Positions 1-9,353 of a stretch of DNA of 53,468 nucleotides are shown here, in pieces (the first letter of the stretch is position 1; each line of letters begins with the position of its first letter). Under the pieces are notes generated by a model. The model did not search any database. It had not been told where the DNA came from and worked only from the letters and a program-made list of their open reading frames with translations. The translations under genes and the position numbers were made by a program. The DNA lies in IMG/VR virus record IMGVR_UViG_3300019132_000024, positions 1-53,468 of that record, one strand, 5' to 3'. Source of the DNA: a virus. Lineage: Duplodnaviria; Caudoviricetes.

Positions 1-81
1 GCTCATGACAGCAATGTGTTCCAGTTGAGCTATCCCCTACTTCAGCAGCATCTTGAGCCACCGCAGGAGCTTAAGGAGGGA

Positions 82-99
82 ATGGTGGGCCCGGCAGGA
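82..99 (+). repeat. att core, left copy (ATGGTGGGCCCGGCAGGA), duplicated tRNA 3' end
   Basis: Identical to 53370-53387; flanks diverge on both sides. Confidence 0.93.
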
Positions 100-133
100 T
101 GACCAGAACTAAGCAAAGACAAAAGCTTAGCTC

Positions 134-193
134 TGGCAAACCTCAGGGGAACCTCTACTGTTTTCCTTTGATTTTTTCGGCTGATGGCAAACC
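134..193 (+). promoter_or_regulatory. Putative integrase arm-type sites, left (TGGCAAACC at 134-142 and 185-193)
   Basis: Repeated 9-mer just inside the left core; matches TGTCAAACC x2 inside the right core. Confidence 0.6.
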
Positions 194-407
194 CTTTGGG
201 TACCTAACCGCGCTATTAGGTTGCCGGAAGACCACGCCTCTTATTCTTTGGGAATCCCGGATCAGAGCTGAACACCTGAGCCATATTGAAGGCTTGTGAT
301 TAGAGTTAATGTTGTTGCGATACAGCTTATAAACCACAAGGCGGCGATCGCGTGAAGGCGCTGTCGCTTAGGCCAGACCTGCGCCTAGAAATCGTTAATG
401 GTAGAAC

Positions 408-433
408 AGCGCCGCTTCGGGCGCTTTTTCTTT
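408..433 (+). terminator. Intrinsic terminator
   Basis: AGCGCC-GCTTCG-GGCGCT stem-loop followed by TTTTCTTT. Confidence 0.65.
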
Positions 434-555
434 GCCTGCAATGCTTTGATGGTCGAAAAGTTTTTCAAGATCATTGAACGCGACCACGGAAAACCAAGGG
501 TTTCCTAAGTAGTTTGAAAAACCTTTCTTCACCCCCTTCATGCCATACGCCCAGC

Positions 556-828
556 ATGAGCACCCTCACCTACTCCCGCGACACCACCGCCATCTCGGAG
601 ATCACCGGCCAGCCTGTGAGCACCTGGTCTGAGGAGTGGCAGCACGAATGCGAGGCACGAGCCGTCCTGGCCATGTCCAAGGCCGAGCGGGACGCCTTCT
701 TCAACGGCTCGGTCGACGAGAACGGGAACCGGAAGGAGCGCGGCATCATCGCGATCCGTGGGCTGAAAGCCGCCGAGATGCTCAGGGGCTACATGGAGCG
801 GTTGCAGGAAGCCCGCGGGCGAAAGTGA
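556..828 (+). CDS. Hypothetical phage-associated protein
   Basis: ATG at 556 in the 514..828 ORF; host-like codon usage; SEEWQHECEAR segment. Confidence 0.6.
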   Translation: MSTLTYSRDTTAISEITGQPVSTWSEEWQHECEARAVLAMSKAERDAFFNGSVDENGNRKERGIIAIRGLKAAEMLRGYMERLQEARGRK

Positions 829-860
829 CAGGGTGCAACGGCTGGTAGTTCCGGCCGATC

Positions 861-2999
861 TCAGATCACCAGGAAGTCTGAAGCCTTAAGCGCGAGACCT
901 GCTTTCAATTTTGCGAAAGGAAACTGGGGCTCGGCGCCGGTCCCATCAGGATCGTAATAGAGATAACCTCTCGCCTTGTCGTAGATAAGTCTGTCCGATG
1001 TATCCTTAGCCACCGCCCCGGTCACAAAAGCTGAGCCCGCAAGTTTACCGCGCGAAAGCCCCACAAAGGCACCATCATCAAGATTGATCGTATCATCTTT
1101 GACGGAAAAGTCCGGTAGCTTGTCGACACCAGCGTTGGCTGCGGGACTGATGTCGAAGACAAAGGCATCCTTGCCGCTGCCGCCCCACAGCTCGTCGCCC
1201 CCTGCCCCACCTACGAGCCGATCGTGCCCGCCTCCGCCCTTGACGCGATCGTTTCCGGCTCCTGCAAGGACGTAGTCCGCCGCACTTGACCCAACCACCC
1301 TGTCATTGCCGTCGCCTGTGTTGCTAAGGGTGTTGTAGCCTTGGAATTTGAAGCTGAGCGACCGCAGCGTGATTGTGATACTGTCGTTGCCGTCAGTTCC
1401 GTCGTTGAAGTTCATCTTTGGGACCGAGGGAACGAACGGCTTGGATGGCTTACCTTTGAGATCCACCGGGTCCACTTCGCTCGTGACCCCGTACCAAAAA
1501 TCACCGAATTTCTGACCGAAGGCTTCGGACAGTGGCAGCGTCGACTGCATCAGGATATCATATGTCTCGCCGGCATTGAGCCGCACAAGCTTCTCAAGCG
1601 CACTGTAGTATTTAGACGTGTACTTGCTGCTGCCGGACACTGCGCCGTCCGTATAGAGCTTAAGGCTCTTCACAAACAGGACATTGGCTTCGATGAACAA
1701 GGCCCGATAGGGATTCGGCGCCCCCGCTGCATCGATACCATCAGCGACGATCGACCGGATCGTTTTTATCCATTCAATGCCTGTCTTGTAGGATGAGGGG
1801 ACTTTCACTCCCCCTGCCTCGATATACTTCAGCGCTGTCTCTAAGAAGTCGGTGGCCGACTCAAGAGCCCATTTGAACCCGGCAATCGCCTGAAGCTTCT
1901 CATAGGGCACCTCGTCCCGGGCAAAGCGCAGATGCTCGATCCGATCCGTCAACGTATCCGACGCATCCCCGAACCTGCTACTAATCGTGACCTGCAGCCC
2001 CTTTCCCATAAAGAAGTCCCGGAAGGAAACGCTGAGGGTCTTGTCGTATTCCTCATACCGGCCGCTCCAGATCACGGTATCTGAGTCCGTCCCGCCGGTG
2101 ATCCGGTTATGGCCTGTCTCAACCTCCCGACTATTCAACGGATTGCCGACCCCGTAGAACACATCATTTCCCGCCCCACCGATTATTGTATCGTCGCCGC
2201 CTCCGCCGGAGATAGAATCACTCCCGGCGCTGCCGGTGACGTGGTCGTTGTCGCCGCCAGCCTTGAACTTACGTGCCTCGAACTTACGGGACCCTGCCAG
2301 GATGGTACCGGTCGGAACGAGGGTTACTACATCGTTCCCGTCCTTGGCATCGTACAGGTCGACGCCACCTTTGATGCTAATTTTCTTCTCTTCGCTGAGC
2401 CTGCCGAAATTCACCTTATCCGCATCGTTCGAGAACAGCTTCCTCGCCCCGTAGAGCCTCTGAATTGCAGCGATGTCATAATCGGTAAGGTCTGTCGGTC
2501 CCACGCGTTCTGAGGGCCCGCTACCCATAATGGAGGGATCTCCCGTGTGATGGCCCAACCCGAGTGCATGTCCGATCTCATGGAGGACTAGGAAGTAGAA
2601 GGACGTTCCGTCCTTCGCCACCAAGCGACCGTTCTGATCCCTGTGCCATCCTGCGGTTGGATCGATTCCGATTTCGACCCAACTGCCTGGTCCACCCTTG
2701 CCGATAATCTGAGCAAGTCCAATCGGGCCAAAATCGCGCCATCCGATCGCGATATAGGGCGGCTCTATCGGGTGCGGACCAGGAGTTGCCTCTTCCACGG
2801 TCTCCATAACGTCGTATGGAACCTCGGAAAAATTGATCTGGGCGACCGACTGCCAGCGCTCAAAGGCCCTTTTCACGTCCTCCGCAAACTGGCCCGTCAT
2901 CTTCTTGGTCCAGAACTCGATCCCACCAGGAAGACCAAATGACCACTGAATGTCAGATCGGTACCATTTCAGGCCGTTGAAATTGAACGAATATGCCAT
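861..2999 (-). CDS. Serralysin/matrixin-like (M10) zinc metalloprotease with RTX Ca-binding repeats, probable type I secretion substrate
   Basis: HEIGHALGLGH zinc motif plus SIM Met-turn; GGxGxD repeats; C-terminal LIYDKARGYLYYDPDGTG...DFLVI; GGGGG RBS before ATG 2999. Confidence 0.88.
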   Translation of the reverse strand: MAYSFNFNGLKWYRSDIQWSFGLPGGIEFWTKKMTGQFAEDVKRAFERWQSVAQINFSEVPYDVMETVEEATPGPHPIEPPYIAIGWRDFGPIGLAQIIGKGGPGSWVEIGIDPTAGWHRDQNGRLVAKDGTSFYFLVLHEIGHALGLGHHTGDPSIMGSGPSERVGPTDLTDYDIAAIQRLYGARKLFSNDADKVNFGRLSEEKKISIKGGVDLYDAKDGNDVVTLVPTGTILAGSRKFEARKFKAGGDNDHVTGSAGSDSISGGGGDDTIIGGAGNDVFYGVGNPLNSREVETGHNRITGGTDSDTVIWSGRYEEYDKTLSVSFRDFFMGKGLQVTISSRFGDASDTLTDRIEHLRFARDEVPYEKLQAIAGFKWALESATDFLETALKYIEAGGVKVPSSYKTGIEWIKTIRSIVADGIDAAGAPNPYRALFIEANVLFVKSLKLYTDGAVSGSSKYTSKYYSALEKLVRLNAGETYDILMQSTLPLSEAFGQKFGDFWYGVTSEVDPVDLKGKPSKPFVPSVPKMNFNDGTDGNDSITITLRSLSFKFQGYNTLSNTGDGNDRVVGSSAADYVLAGAGNDRVKGGGGHDRLVGGAGGDELWGGSGKDAFVFDISPAANAGVDKLPDFSVKDDTINLDDGAFVGLSRGKLAGSAFVTGAVAKDTSDRLIYDKARGYLYYDPDGTGAEPQFPFAKLKAGLALKASDFLVI

Positions 3000-3296
3000 G
3001 TTGCCCCCAAGCATCCGAACCGACCTCGGCATTGGAGGCCCACTTCGATCCCACCTCCGCGTCGTGTGACGACGCAACAGCGGCCTTTTTTACTAGGAAA
3101 GTGATCCAGCTCGACGGTCAACTTAACCTGATGGGGTATTCCTTTAGTGAGGGAAGGTGAAGAACCCGGCCAAGTCCAGCATGCTGTGGCTCTCACGAAG
3201 CCCTGGGCTTGGCCGGGAGTATCGGCCGGGGGGCAGCCGATGCAATACAAGAACAAAAACTCTTTAAGAGTTCCTTGCCCTTCTTAGGCCGAACCG

Positions 3297-3464
3297 ATGA
3301 CCCGCAACCCCCGCCGAGCCTATGACAATGACGGGAACGAGATCCCGCCCATGACCCTCGCCAGCATGCGGGACCATGGGGCCCGATCAGTGGAGGCCAT
3401 CGGCGAGCGGCACGGCTGCAGATATGAGGAAGAGAGGCCCCCTCCCCGTGCGCCTTCGAGATGA
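3297..3464 (+). pseudogene. Truncated remnant of a small conserved rhizobial hypothetical protein
   Basis: MTRNPRRAYDNDGNEIPPMTLASMRDHGARSVEA resembles a family N-terminus (from memory); degenerates and stops after 55 codons. Confidence 0.35.
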
Positions 3465-3549
3465 TGCCCACCCGGGGACAGGCTGCATTTGCGCCGCATA
3501 CCCTGTTGCAACAGGTCGGGCGGATCCGGGAATCGCTCCCGGTAGAGGT

Positions 3550-4068
3550 TTATTCTTCCGGCTCGGGAAGGGGCTGTGCGAGGCCGCCAGCAGCGCCAAT
3601 GCCGGTGTGGGGCTGACTGATTTTGATCGCGGAGGGCAGCACCGGAACCGGATCTTCAGCAGGTATCTCGGACTGGTCTGACGGCAGCGCCGTCCGCACG
3701 GCTGCAACCAGATCTGCCGGCCTGTAAGGCTTGGGAATGAACAGCGTACCCGACGGAAGCTCCTTCGGCCCGGGTGCCATTCTGCCTGAAGTCACCACAA
3801 CCCCGATATGAGGCCATGCCTGCTTCACTACACGGGACAGTGTAACACCATCAAGTGAACCCGGCATTTCCACATCAGTCACGAGGGCTCGAACGTCGGC
3901 TGTTGCCTCAAGCACGGCCAGGGCTTCATCCGCATTGACCACTTCAACGACTTTGAAACCGCCCTCGTCCCGGAGCACATCCGCAGCCATCATGCGAACA
4001 AGAGCCTCATCCTCTGCAAGGAGGACAATCACCGGCTGCTGGCCGTCTTGATTGGTGTTCATGGCCAA
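3550..4068 (-). CDS. Single-domain response regulator (REC) with Pro-rich tail
   Basis: LLAEDE, LVTDVEMPG (phospho-Asp), VTSG and PKP motifs; no output domain. Confidence 0.9.
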   Translation of the reverse strand: MAMNTNQDGQQPVIVLLAEDEALVRMMAADVLRDEGGFKVVEVVNADEALAVLEATADVRALVTDVEMPGSLDGVTLSRVVKQAWPHIGVVVTSGRMAPGPKELPSGTLFIPKPYRPADLVAAVRTALPSDQSEIPAEDPVPVLPSAIKISQPHTGIGAAGGLAQPLPEPEE

Positions 4069-4238
4069 CCCTTATCCGTCGTTTGCACTCAGACAGGAGT
4101 GCCGGGGCGCTCAGGGCTGGGTGGCATTTAGCCAAGCCGGCCAAAAATCAAGGCGCGGCTGACACCCTTTCTATTCCTCAATTTCGCATGGGGATAGCGC
4201 AATGGTGCCGCGGCCTAGGAAGAGTTCCACACAGGCGA

Positions 4239-5411
4239 TTATCCGAAGTATGGGCTCTGTTGTGCCGCCTCAGGGAATGAAATCGTCACCACCAGTCCGG
4301 CATCGTTCCTGACATCGATCTCGCCGCGGATCTGTTGAACGAGTGATCGAACAAGGCCGTAGCCGAGCGATCCTTCCCGAAGACTTGACAGCCCAACCCC
4401 GTCATCCCGGACTGCCAGTTCAACCCGCCCTGGTTGGCTGCGGTGCGCCCGGACGCGGATCGTTCCTGACCTTGGTGCCGGAAAGGCGTACTTCACGGCA
4501 TTGGTGATGAGTTCGGTCAGCACGATGCCGAGCGGGACTGCCGTGTCGGCGTCCACCAGGATGCCTTCGTCGATCTCGGCCTTCAGGCTCACGCGGTCAT
4601 CGTCCCCGGTGATGGACCTCAGGGCCTCGCATAGGTCGGCCACGTATACGGACACATCGACGTGCTGGACCCTTTCCGACTTGCTGAGCAGATCATGGAC
4701 CCGCGCCATGGCATTGAGCCGGTCCTGGGCCTCCTCAAAGAGGGCCCTGACGGCGGGGTCCGGCTGCCGTCGCCCCTGAATGCCGAGGAGGGAAGCAGCG
4801 ATAGCGAGGCTGTTCTTGGCCCGGTGGTTGACCTCGACCAGCAGCATCTCCCGCTCGGCAACCAGCGCCGACAGCCTTTTGTTGGCGGCTTCCAGCTCCC
4901 TGGTTCTGGCCGCGATCCGGTTCTCCAGTTCTGAAGCGAGGGCCCGAAGGTTGTCCTCCGCGTCGTAACGGCGAGTGATGTCGAGGTAGGAGAGAAAATG
5001 ATGGATGACGGTGCCTTGGCCGTCATCCACCGGGCTGGCGAACAGCATCGCCCGAAATGGGGTTCCATCCTTCCGGTACTGAAGGATCTCCAGCGTTTCG
5101 TCCCGACCCTCCGCGACCGCAGCCCGGTAGCGCCGGATGGCCTCCGGGTCCGTGCCTTCGCCGTTCATGAAGTGCGGGTCCTGACCGAGGAGTTCGTCCA
5201 TGGTAAAGCCGGACAAGTCGACGAACGCCTGGTTGGCAAAGACGATGGGGTTGCCGGGCAGGATGGCGTCGGTTACGAGCATCGGCATGCGGGTCCGCCG
5301 GACAGCCTCGACGAAGATGCCACCCTGCTGCCGTACGGATTCGATGTGCCGTTCGGCGATGGTTCGCTCAGGGGTATCTGCCTTGTTCTCCTGAAACGCG
5401 TTCATGGCCAA
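4239..5411 (-). CDS. PAS(LOV-like)-HisKA_2 sensor histidine kinase
   Basis: PIVFANQAF...YRKDG PAS domain; H-box EVNHRAKNSL; N-box ELITNAVKYA; DDGVG G1 box. Confidence 0.9.
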   Translation of the reverse strand: MAMNAFQENKADTPERTIAERHIESVRQQGGIFVEAVRRTRMPMLVTDAILPGNPIVFANQAFVDLSGFTMDELLGQDPHFMNGEGTDPEAIRRYRAAVAEGRDETLEILQYRKDGTPFRAMLFASPVDDGQGTVIHHFLSYLDITRRYDAEDNLRALASELENRIAARTRELEAANKRLSALVAEREMLLVEVNHRAKNSLAIAASLLGIQGRRQPDPAVRALFEEAQDRLNAMARVHDLLSKSERVQHVDVSVYVADLCEALRSITGDDDRVSLKAEIDEGILVDADTAVPLGIVLTELITNAVKYAFPAPRSGTIRVRAHRSQPGRVELAVRDDGVGLSSLREGSLGYGLVRSLVQQIRGEIDVRNDAGLVVTISFPEAAQQSPYFG

Positions 5412-5483
5412 TCCGGTCTGATGGGACCGTGGACAAATAAAGGCCCCGAGACGGCGCCTTTTTCACTCAACATTTTGAGGGTC

Positions 5484-5792
5484 TCAGTCGAATAACTCCT
5501 GAAGAAAGGATTTTTTCCTTTTGGAGTGCCCGTATTGATGGCCATGCCCATATGGCTGAGCGTAGCCCCGATCATGACCCTGGTCATACTGCGGCTTTGA
5601 AAAAGAAGGTTGCTGCACTGGAGCAGCGGCGGGTGCCTCTTGGGCGCTTCGCTCGAGGATCTTGTCAAGTTCCCCGCGGTCGAGCCAAACACCCCGGCAT
5701 TGAGGGCAGTAGTCGATCTCGACGCCCTGTCGCTCACTCATGACAAGGGAAACTTTGCAGACGGGACACGGCATGCCGACGGCGCTGGTCAT
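5484..5792 (-). CDS. zf-TFIIB-type Zn-ribbon protein
   Basis: CPVC...IDYCPQCRGVWLDRGELDKI; C-terminal KKSFLQELFD; AGGAGG RBS. Confidence 0.88.
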   Translation of the reverse strand: MTSAVGMPCPVCKVSLVMSERQGVEIDYCPQCRGVWLDRGELDKILERSAQEAPAAAPVQQPSFSKPQYDQGHDRGYAQPYGHGHQYGHSKRKKSFLQELFD

Positions 5793-6273
5793 AGGCGGAC
5801 CTCCTAAGGCTGGTAATCGGATATTGAGCCCAGACTACTGATCGGCCTTACACGGATCAGCACCAGGCGTTCTCGCTGCGGTCCGACATCACAGCCACAC
5901 GACCGTGGTTGTCAGAGGGGCCCGGCCCGCAAGGAATACATGGGCGCTTGGAGAGTAGCCTTCAAGCCTGACCATACAGGGGGCACTTCATGAGGAGCCC
6001 GATGGAGGGCCCGTATCATCGCCAGGCGTTTCCTGCTGTTTCACCTCGCTCGAATGCCGTGGGACGTGCTATCTGTCCCGAAGCTGCCGATCCTGTTGAT
6101 CTTCCGCGCTCAGGATCGTTGGTCAGGCTCACGTTGAGGTGTGCGGAGGCACCTCCGTGAGCCGCTTACCCCCGAAACACGCTCGCTTGGATAAAGACCT
6201 GATGGGCTCTGGGCGGACGCAGGCGGTCCGTATGGGGCTCAACCAATAGTTTCCACTAAAGGGGCTCTGCGAA

Positions 6274-6534
6274 TTACGGGTGCGGGGGCGGTGGCGAGGG
6301 ATCCACCCGGTCGACCTCCATCGACACCGTGATGGTCAGCACCCGCTGGCGATGCTCGTTTCTCATCTCGACCGTGATATTGCGGACGTCGCCCTTCGGC
6401 AGCCGGTCCCGTCCGATCTCCGCCGCAGCCTCAGCCGCCATGCGTTCGGCAGCGTCGAAGCTGGCGAACTCGAGACCCTCCTCATCGGGAGAGAAGTTCG
6501 CCCCCTCCCGCACGTTGAAGTAGAAGCGCGGCAT
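6274..6534 (-). CDS. DUF6894-like small protein
   Basis: MPRFYFNV...DEEGLEF...AAAE pattern; GGAG RBS. Confidence 0.75.
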   Translation of the reverse strand: MPRFYFNVREGANFSPDEEGLEFASFDAAERMAAEAAAEIGRDRLPKGDVRNITVEMRNEHRQRVLTITVSMEVDRVDPSPPPPHP

Positions 6535-6615
6535 TTGGGTCTCCAGATCCGAATGGATGCCTATCAACCCGGGGGGAGCGATTGGTTCACCCTTCAACAC
6601 GCGCGCATACTGGAG

Positions 6616-6852
6616 CTATGGCCGGCGCACGAACCAGTTTTGGATCGCTGCTACGGCGGCGAGGCTGGCGGCCCCAATCACCGGGAAGATAACCATCCGG
6701 GTTTGAATGTGCTCGATCAGGTTCTCTTCTACAGGGTGACTCCAGAAGGCATGAACGTAATTATGTATTATGCCCCCGAACACGCCAAGCGCGGCTCCGA
6801 ATAGTGCAAAGCGCTTCGTGCTCCAACGTTGCGGTGTAGACTCGCTCCTCAT
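6616..6852 (-). CDS. Small two-TM membrane protein
   Basis: Two hydrophobic stretches; start uncertain (6852 or upstream). Confidence 0.5.
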   Translation of the reverse strand: MRSESTPQRWSTKRFALFGAALGVFGGIIHNYVHAFWSHPVEENLIEHIQTRMVIFPVIGAASLAAVAAIQNWFVRRP

Positions 6853-6958
6853 GCCGCGAGTGTTGGCCGTGTCTGCCCCCAAAGCGGCCACATGCGAGGT
6901 TCCGTGATCAATCTCACCGCGAACCCGAGCCATTCTGAACGCGTTAGAGGCGGCGTGC

Positions 6959-7177
6959 TTATCCTTCCCGGTCACGAGAGGACTCAGTTTCCTCTTTGCT
7001 GATCTGATCGATGGCGCGCGCGAGATCAGCCTCGGCTTGGCTCAGTGCCTGCGAGCGGGCGATCTCAGCGCGGGACCGTTCAATCGCGTGATTGGACTGG
7101 TCAATCAGCTGGCTAAGGGAGCCAGGGCTGCCTTCGGACGTGCTGTCGCGGATAGTCAGATGGTTCGGGGTATTCAT
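6959..7177 (-). CDS. Hypothetical coiled-coil protein
   Basis: 72-aa ORF with heptad-like composition. Confidence 0.45.
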   Translation of the reverse strand: MNTPNHLTIRDSTSEGSPGSLSQLIDQSNHAIERSRAEIARSQALSQAEADLARAIDQISKEETESSRDREG

Positions 7178-7404
7178 TGGCGGTAAGAATAAGGCAGAGC
7201 TAATCGTGCTGATCCGGAATCAATCTTGGATATTTTTGCATCTGCCAACGCGAAAGCCAAGCCTGACAGCCGTAGCGGCAGCGTGACGAACGGTCCCAGC
7301 CAGAGTTCGGATGTGCGCCCGGACCAGTCTCGAGCGGGCCGGGAACAAACGAGGTAGTCATGCTGTCCTATGGGAGCTACTAAGCCCCAAGCGAGGAAAG
7401 CGAG

Positions 7405-7590
7405 ATGCCTGACTGTAAGTCAAACGAGAACGGCCCTCCTCCCGCCTCGACAGGAGAGGCCGAGGATAAGCGGGTACTTGAGCATGTCAGAACTGTCCTG
7501 GCTCGGCTGAGGACGCTCCTCCGCGACCGGCGTCGCCACGACGAGCCATCCCGCCTTGTCCCTATAGCGCCCTTTATTGCTGCCGCATGA
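7405..7590 (+). CDS. Hypothetical protein
   Basis: GAGG RBS before ATG; 61 aa. Confidence 0.4.
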   Translation: MPDCKSNENGPPPASTGEAEDKRVLEHVRTVLARLRTLLRDRRRHDEPSRLVPIAPFIAAA

Positions 7591-7801
7591 TCAGCGGGAT
7601 CGACAGGAGGACGTTTCCTTCGGAATCAGCGATATCCAGCTGCCAGTCCCGCCACTCCTCTTCAAAGTCGTCGCTTTCCTGACGCAACTCGTGGATGGCC
7701 TGAAGCGCCTCTCTTCTAGCGGTTTCAATGTCTGAGACCTCGATGCCTTCGTCGTCGCGCAGGCATTCGTGCTGGCTCACGAGGTGAACGTAGCAACACA
7801 T
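7574..7801 (-). CDS. Second DUF6894-like small protein
   Basis: YVHL...DDEGIEVSDIETARREA...WQLDIADSEGNVLLSIPL; paralog of 6274..6534. Confidence 0.7.
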   Translation of the reverse strand: MCCYVHLVSQHECLRDDEGIEVSDIETARREALQAIHELRQESDDFEEEWRDWQLDIADSEGNVLLSIPLIMRQQ

Positions 7802-7969
7802 CACGCCTTCGTCACAGATGTCTGTGCCGGCACCGGCCTCAAGAGGAAAAGGGATTGGACGCACGATGGCGCGCCCTTAAACCCGACTGCATTGCTGCAT
7901 GTCAATCCTTCCGCGAAGCCGGATCAGAGCGAGGGCGCATGGCACGGGCCCTATCGACAGCCCGGAAAG

Positions 7970-8305
7970 CTACCCACCCCCTGCCCTATGGCCGATGAGC
8001 TCCTTCACAAGGTTGTCGAGACGGTCGCCAAGCTTGTCGATCGATCCGGCGAGCCGATCCTCCACCTCACGCAGGACCTCACGGGAGACAAGGCGTTCGG
8101 CCTGGGTGAGTTGGTACGCACTCACTGAAGCCTGCAGGATGGCGATTTTCTCGTGGGCCTTGTCCGCCTTGGCTTCCGCTTCGGCTGCCCGCTTGTCGGC
8201 TTGGATCGCCTTCGTTTCCGCGGACAGCCAGAACCTGATGACGGCTAAGGCCGCCCCGCCGATCATGAAGATGGTCGAGAGGTTAATTTCCCAACTGAAC
8301 TGCAT
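7970..8305 (-). CDS. Lysis-module membrane-anchored coiled-coil protein
   Basis: N-terminal TM followed by a coiled coil; starts 2 nt after the upstream gene stop. Confidence 0.6.
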   Translation of the reverse strand: MQFSWEINLSTIFMIGGAALAVIRFWLSAETKAIQADKRAAEAEAKADKAHEKIAILQASVSAYQLTQAERLVSREVLREVEDRLAGSIDKLGDRLDNLVKELIGHRAGGG

Positions 8306-8307
8306 GC

Positions 8308-8661
8308 TCAGGCACCCAGCGGCTTGCGGGCCGCCCAGCGCCCGTAGAGGGTAGCGACACCGCCCAGGACGCTCATCCCGGCTGTGGAGTAGAGCTCGAG
8401 GTTCGTCTCGCCGTTGGCGACTGCCGTCCCGATCGTGGAGATGCCGCCGAGGATTGCGAAGATGGCACCCCAGCTGACACGCGAGCGATACCACGGCTCG
8501 TTGTTCGTCAGGTGCTCGATGACCGGAGCCACCGCTTCGGCCACTTCCTTGCGCACGGCAGGCGCTTCTGCTGGCGTGACCGTCGTCTGCGGTGAGGCGA
8601 TTAGCCGATCCAGGACCCTGTCCGCGATGTTGCCGATGATGGGAATGAAAAGCGGGTTCAT
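8308..8661 (-). CDS. Putative holin
   Basis: PWYRSRVSWG followed by two TM helices; directly downstream of the endolysin. Confidence 0.6.
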   Translation of the reverse strand: MNPLFIPIIGNIADRVLDRLIASPQTTVTPAEAPAVRKEVAEAVAPVIEHLTNNEPWYRSRVSWGAIFAILGGISTIGTAVANGETNLELYSTAGMSVLGGVATLYGRWAARKPLGA

Positions 8662-8663
8662 GG

Positions 8664-9332
8664 TTAGGCGCTCCTGGTCTTGAGGTAAGCGGTCACGGCA
8701 TTCACGATCGCCTGCCAGAGGCCGGCCGGAATGAGGTCATCAGGGACTTCGCGGGTATCGAGCGGCGGCTCGGGAGTCGCGACAACGATGGGCTGGGCAC
8801 TGTGCTGAGCCCGCGCCACGACGAGTGCCTGCTCGACGTCGTCGGCAGAGACGAGCGCCTTGTTCAGGCCGTCTCCCGCATAGTAGCTCTGCCCGCGACT
8901 GACCGTGCGGCTGCCGCCCTTGACGGTGTACGGCACCGGGAACGAGGCCCATTCCTTCGCCAGGTTGAGCATGAACTCGGCATCCGAGAGCGTGCCCTTG
9001 ATCCACTTGTCATAACCGCGGCGGCGGAGCAGATGGAACCCAAGCCGGTCCTGATAATCCGGCGTGAACCTGTCTTCCGCCTTCAGGTTGAGCTCTGTCG
9101 CCAGATCCCGGAGCGTGGCGTCCATGAACTGGTACCGGCCGCAGGCCGAGGAGCCAAAGGTCTTCGTCCGCCATTTCCCGTGGTCGAGTACCTCCTTCAT
9201 CGTCATCGATGTCAGGGGCTTTGGCATCCGATCCATGCGGTTGCCATAGACGGTGTCATAGCCTCTCGGCGCTTCCTTGCTGGCGATGAAGTCGAGCAGC
9301 ATCGCCGCCGGTTCTGGGACGGTCTTATCCAT
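8664..9332 (-). CDS. Endolysin, lambda R-like (GH104) lytic transglycosylase/muramidase
   Basis: LDFIASKE, SSACGRYQF and LAKEWASFP motifs. Confidence 0.85.
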   Translation of the reverse strand: MDKTVPEPAAMLLDFIASKEAPRGYDTVYGNRMDRMPKPLTSMTMKEVLDHGKWRTKTFGSSACGRYQFMDATLRDLATELNLKAEDRFTPDYQDRLGFHLLRRRGYDKWIKGTLSDAEFMLNLAKEWASFPVPYTVKGGSRTVSRGQSYYAGDGLNKALVSADDVEQALVVARAQHSAQPIVVATPEPPLDTREVPDDLIPAGLWQAIVNAVTAYLKTRSA

Positions 9333-9353
9333 GGGGATTCCTCACGATGTGAC

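Noticed and set aside
7342-7367. EcfG-type promoter before ORF 7405
   Set aside because: GGAAC is present but the -10 position reads TGTC rather than CGTT
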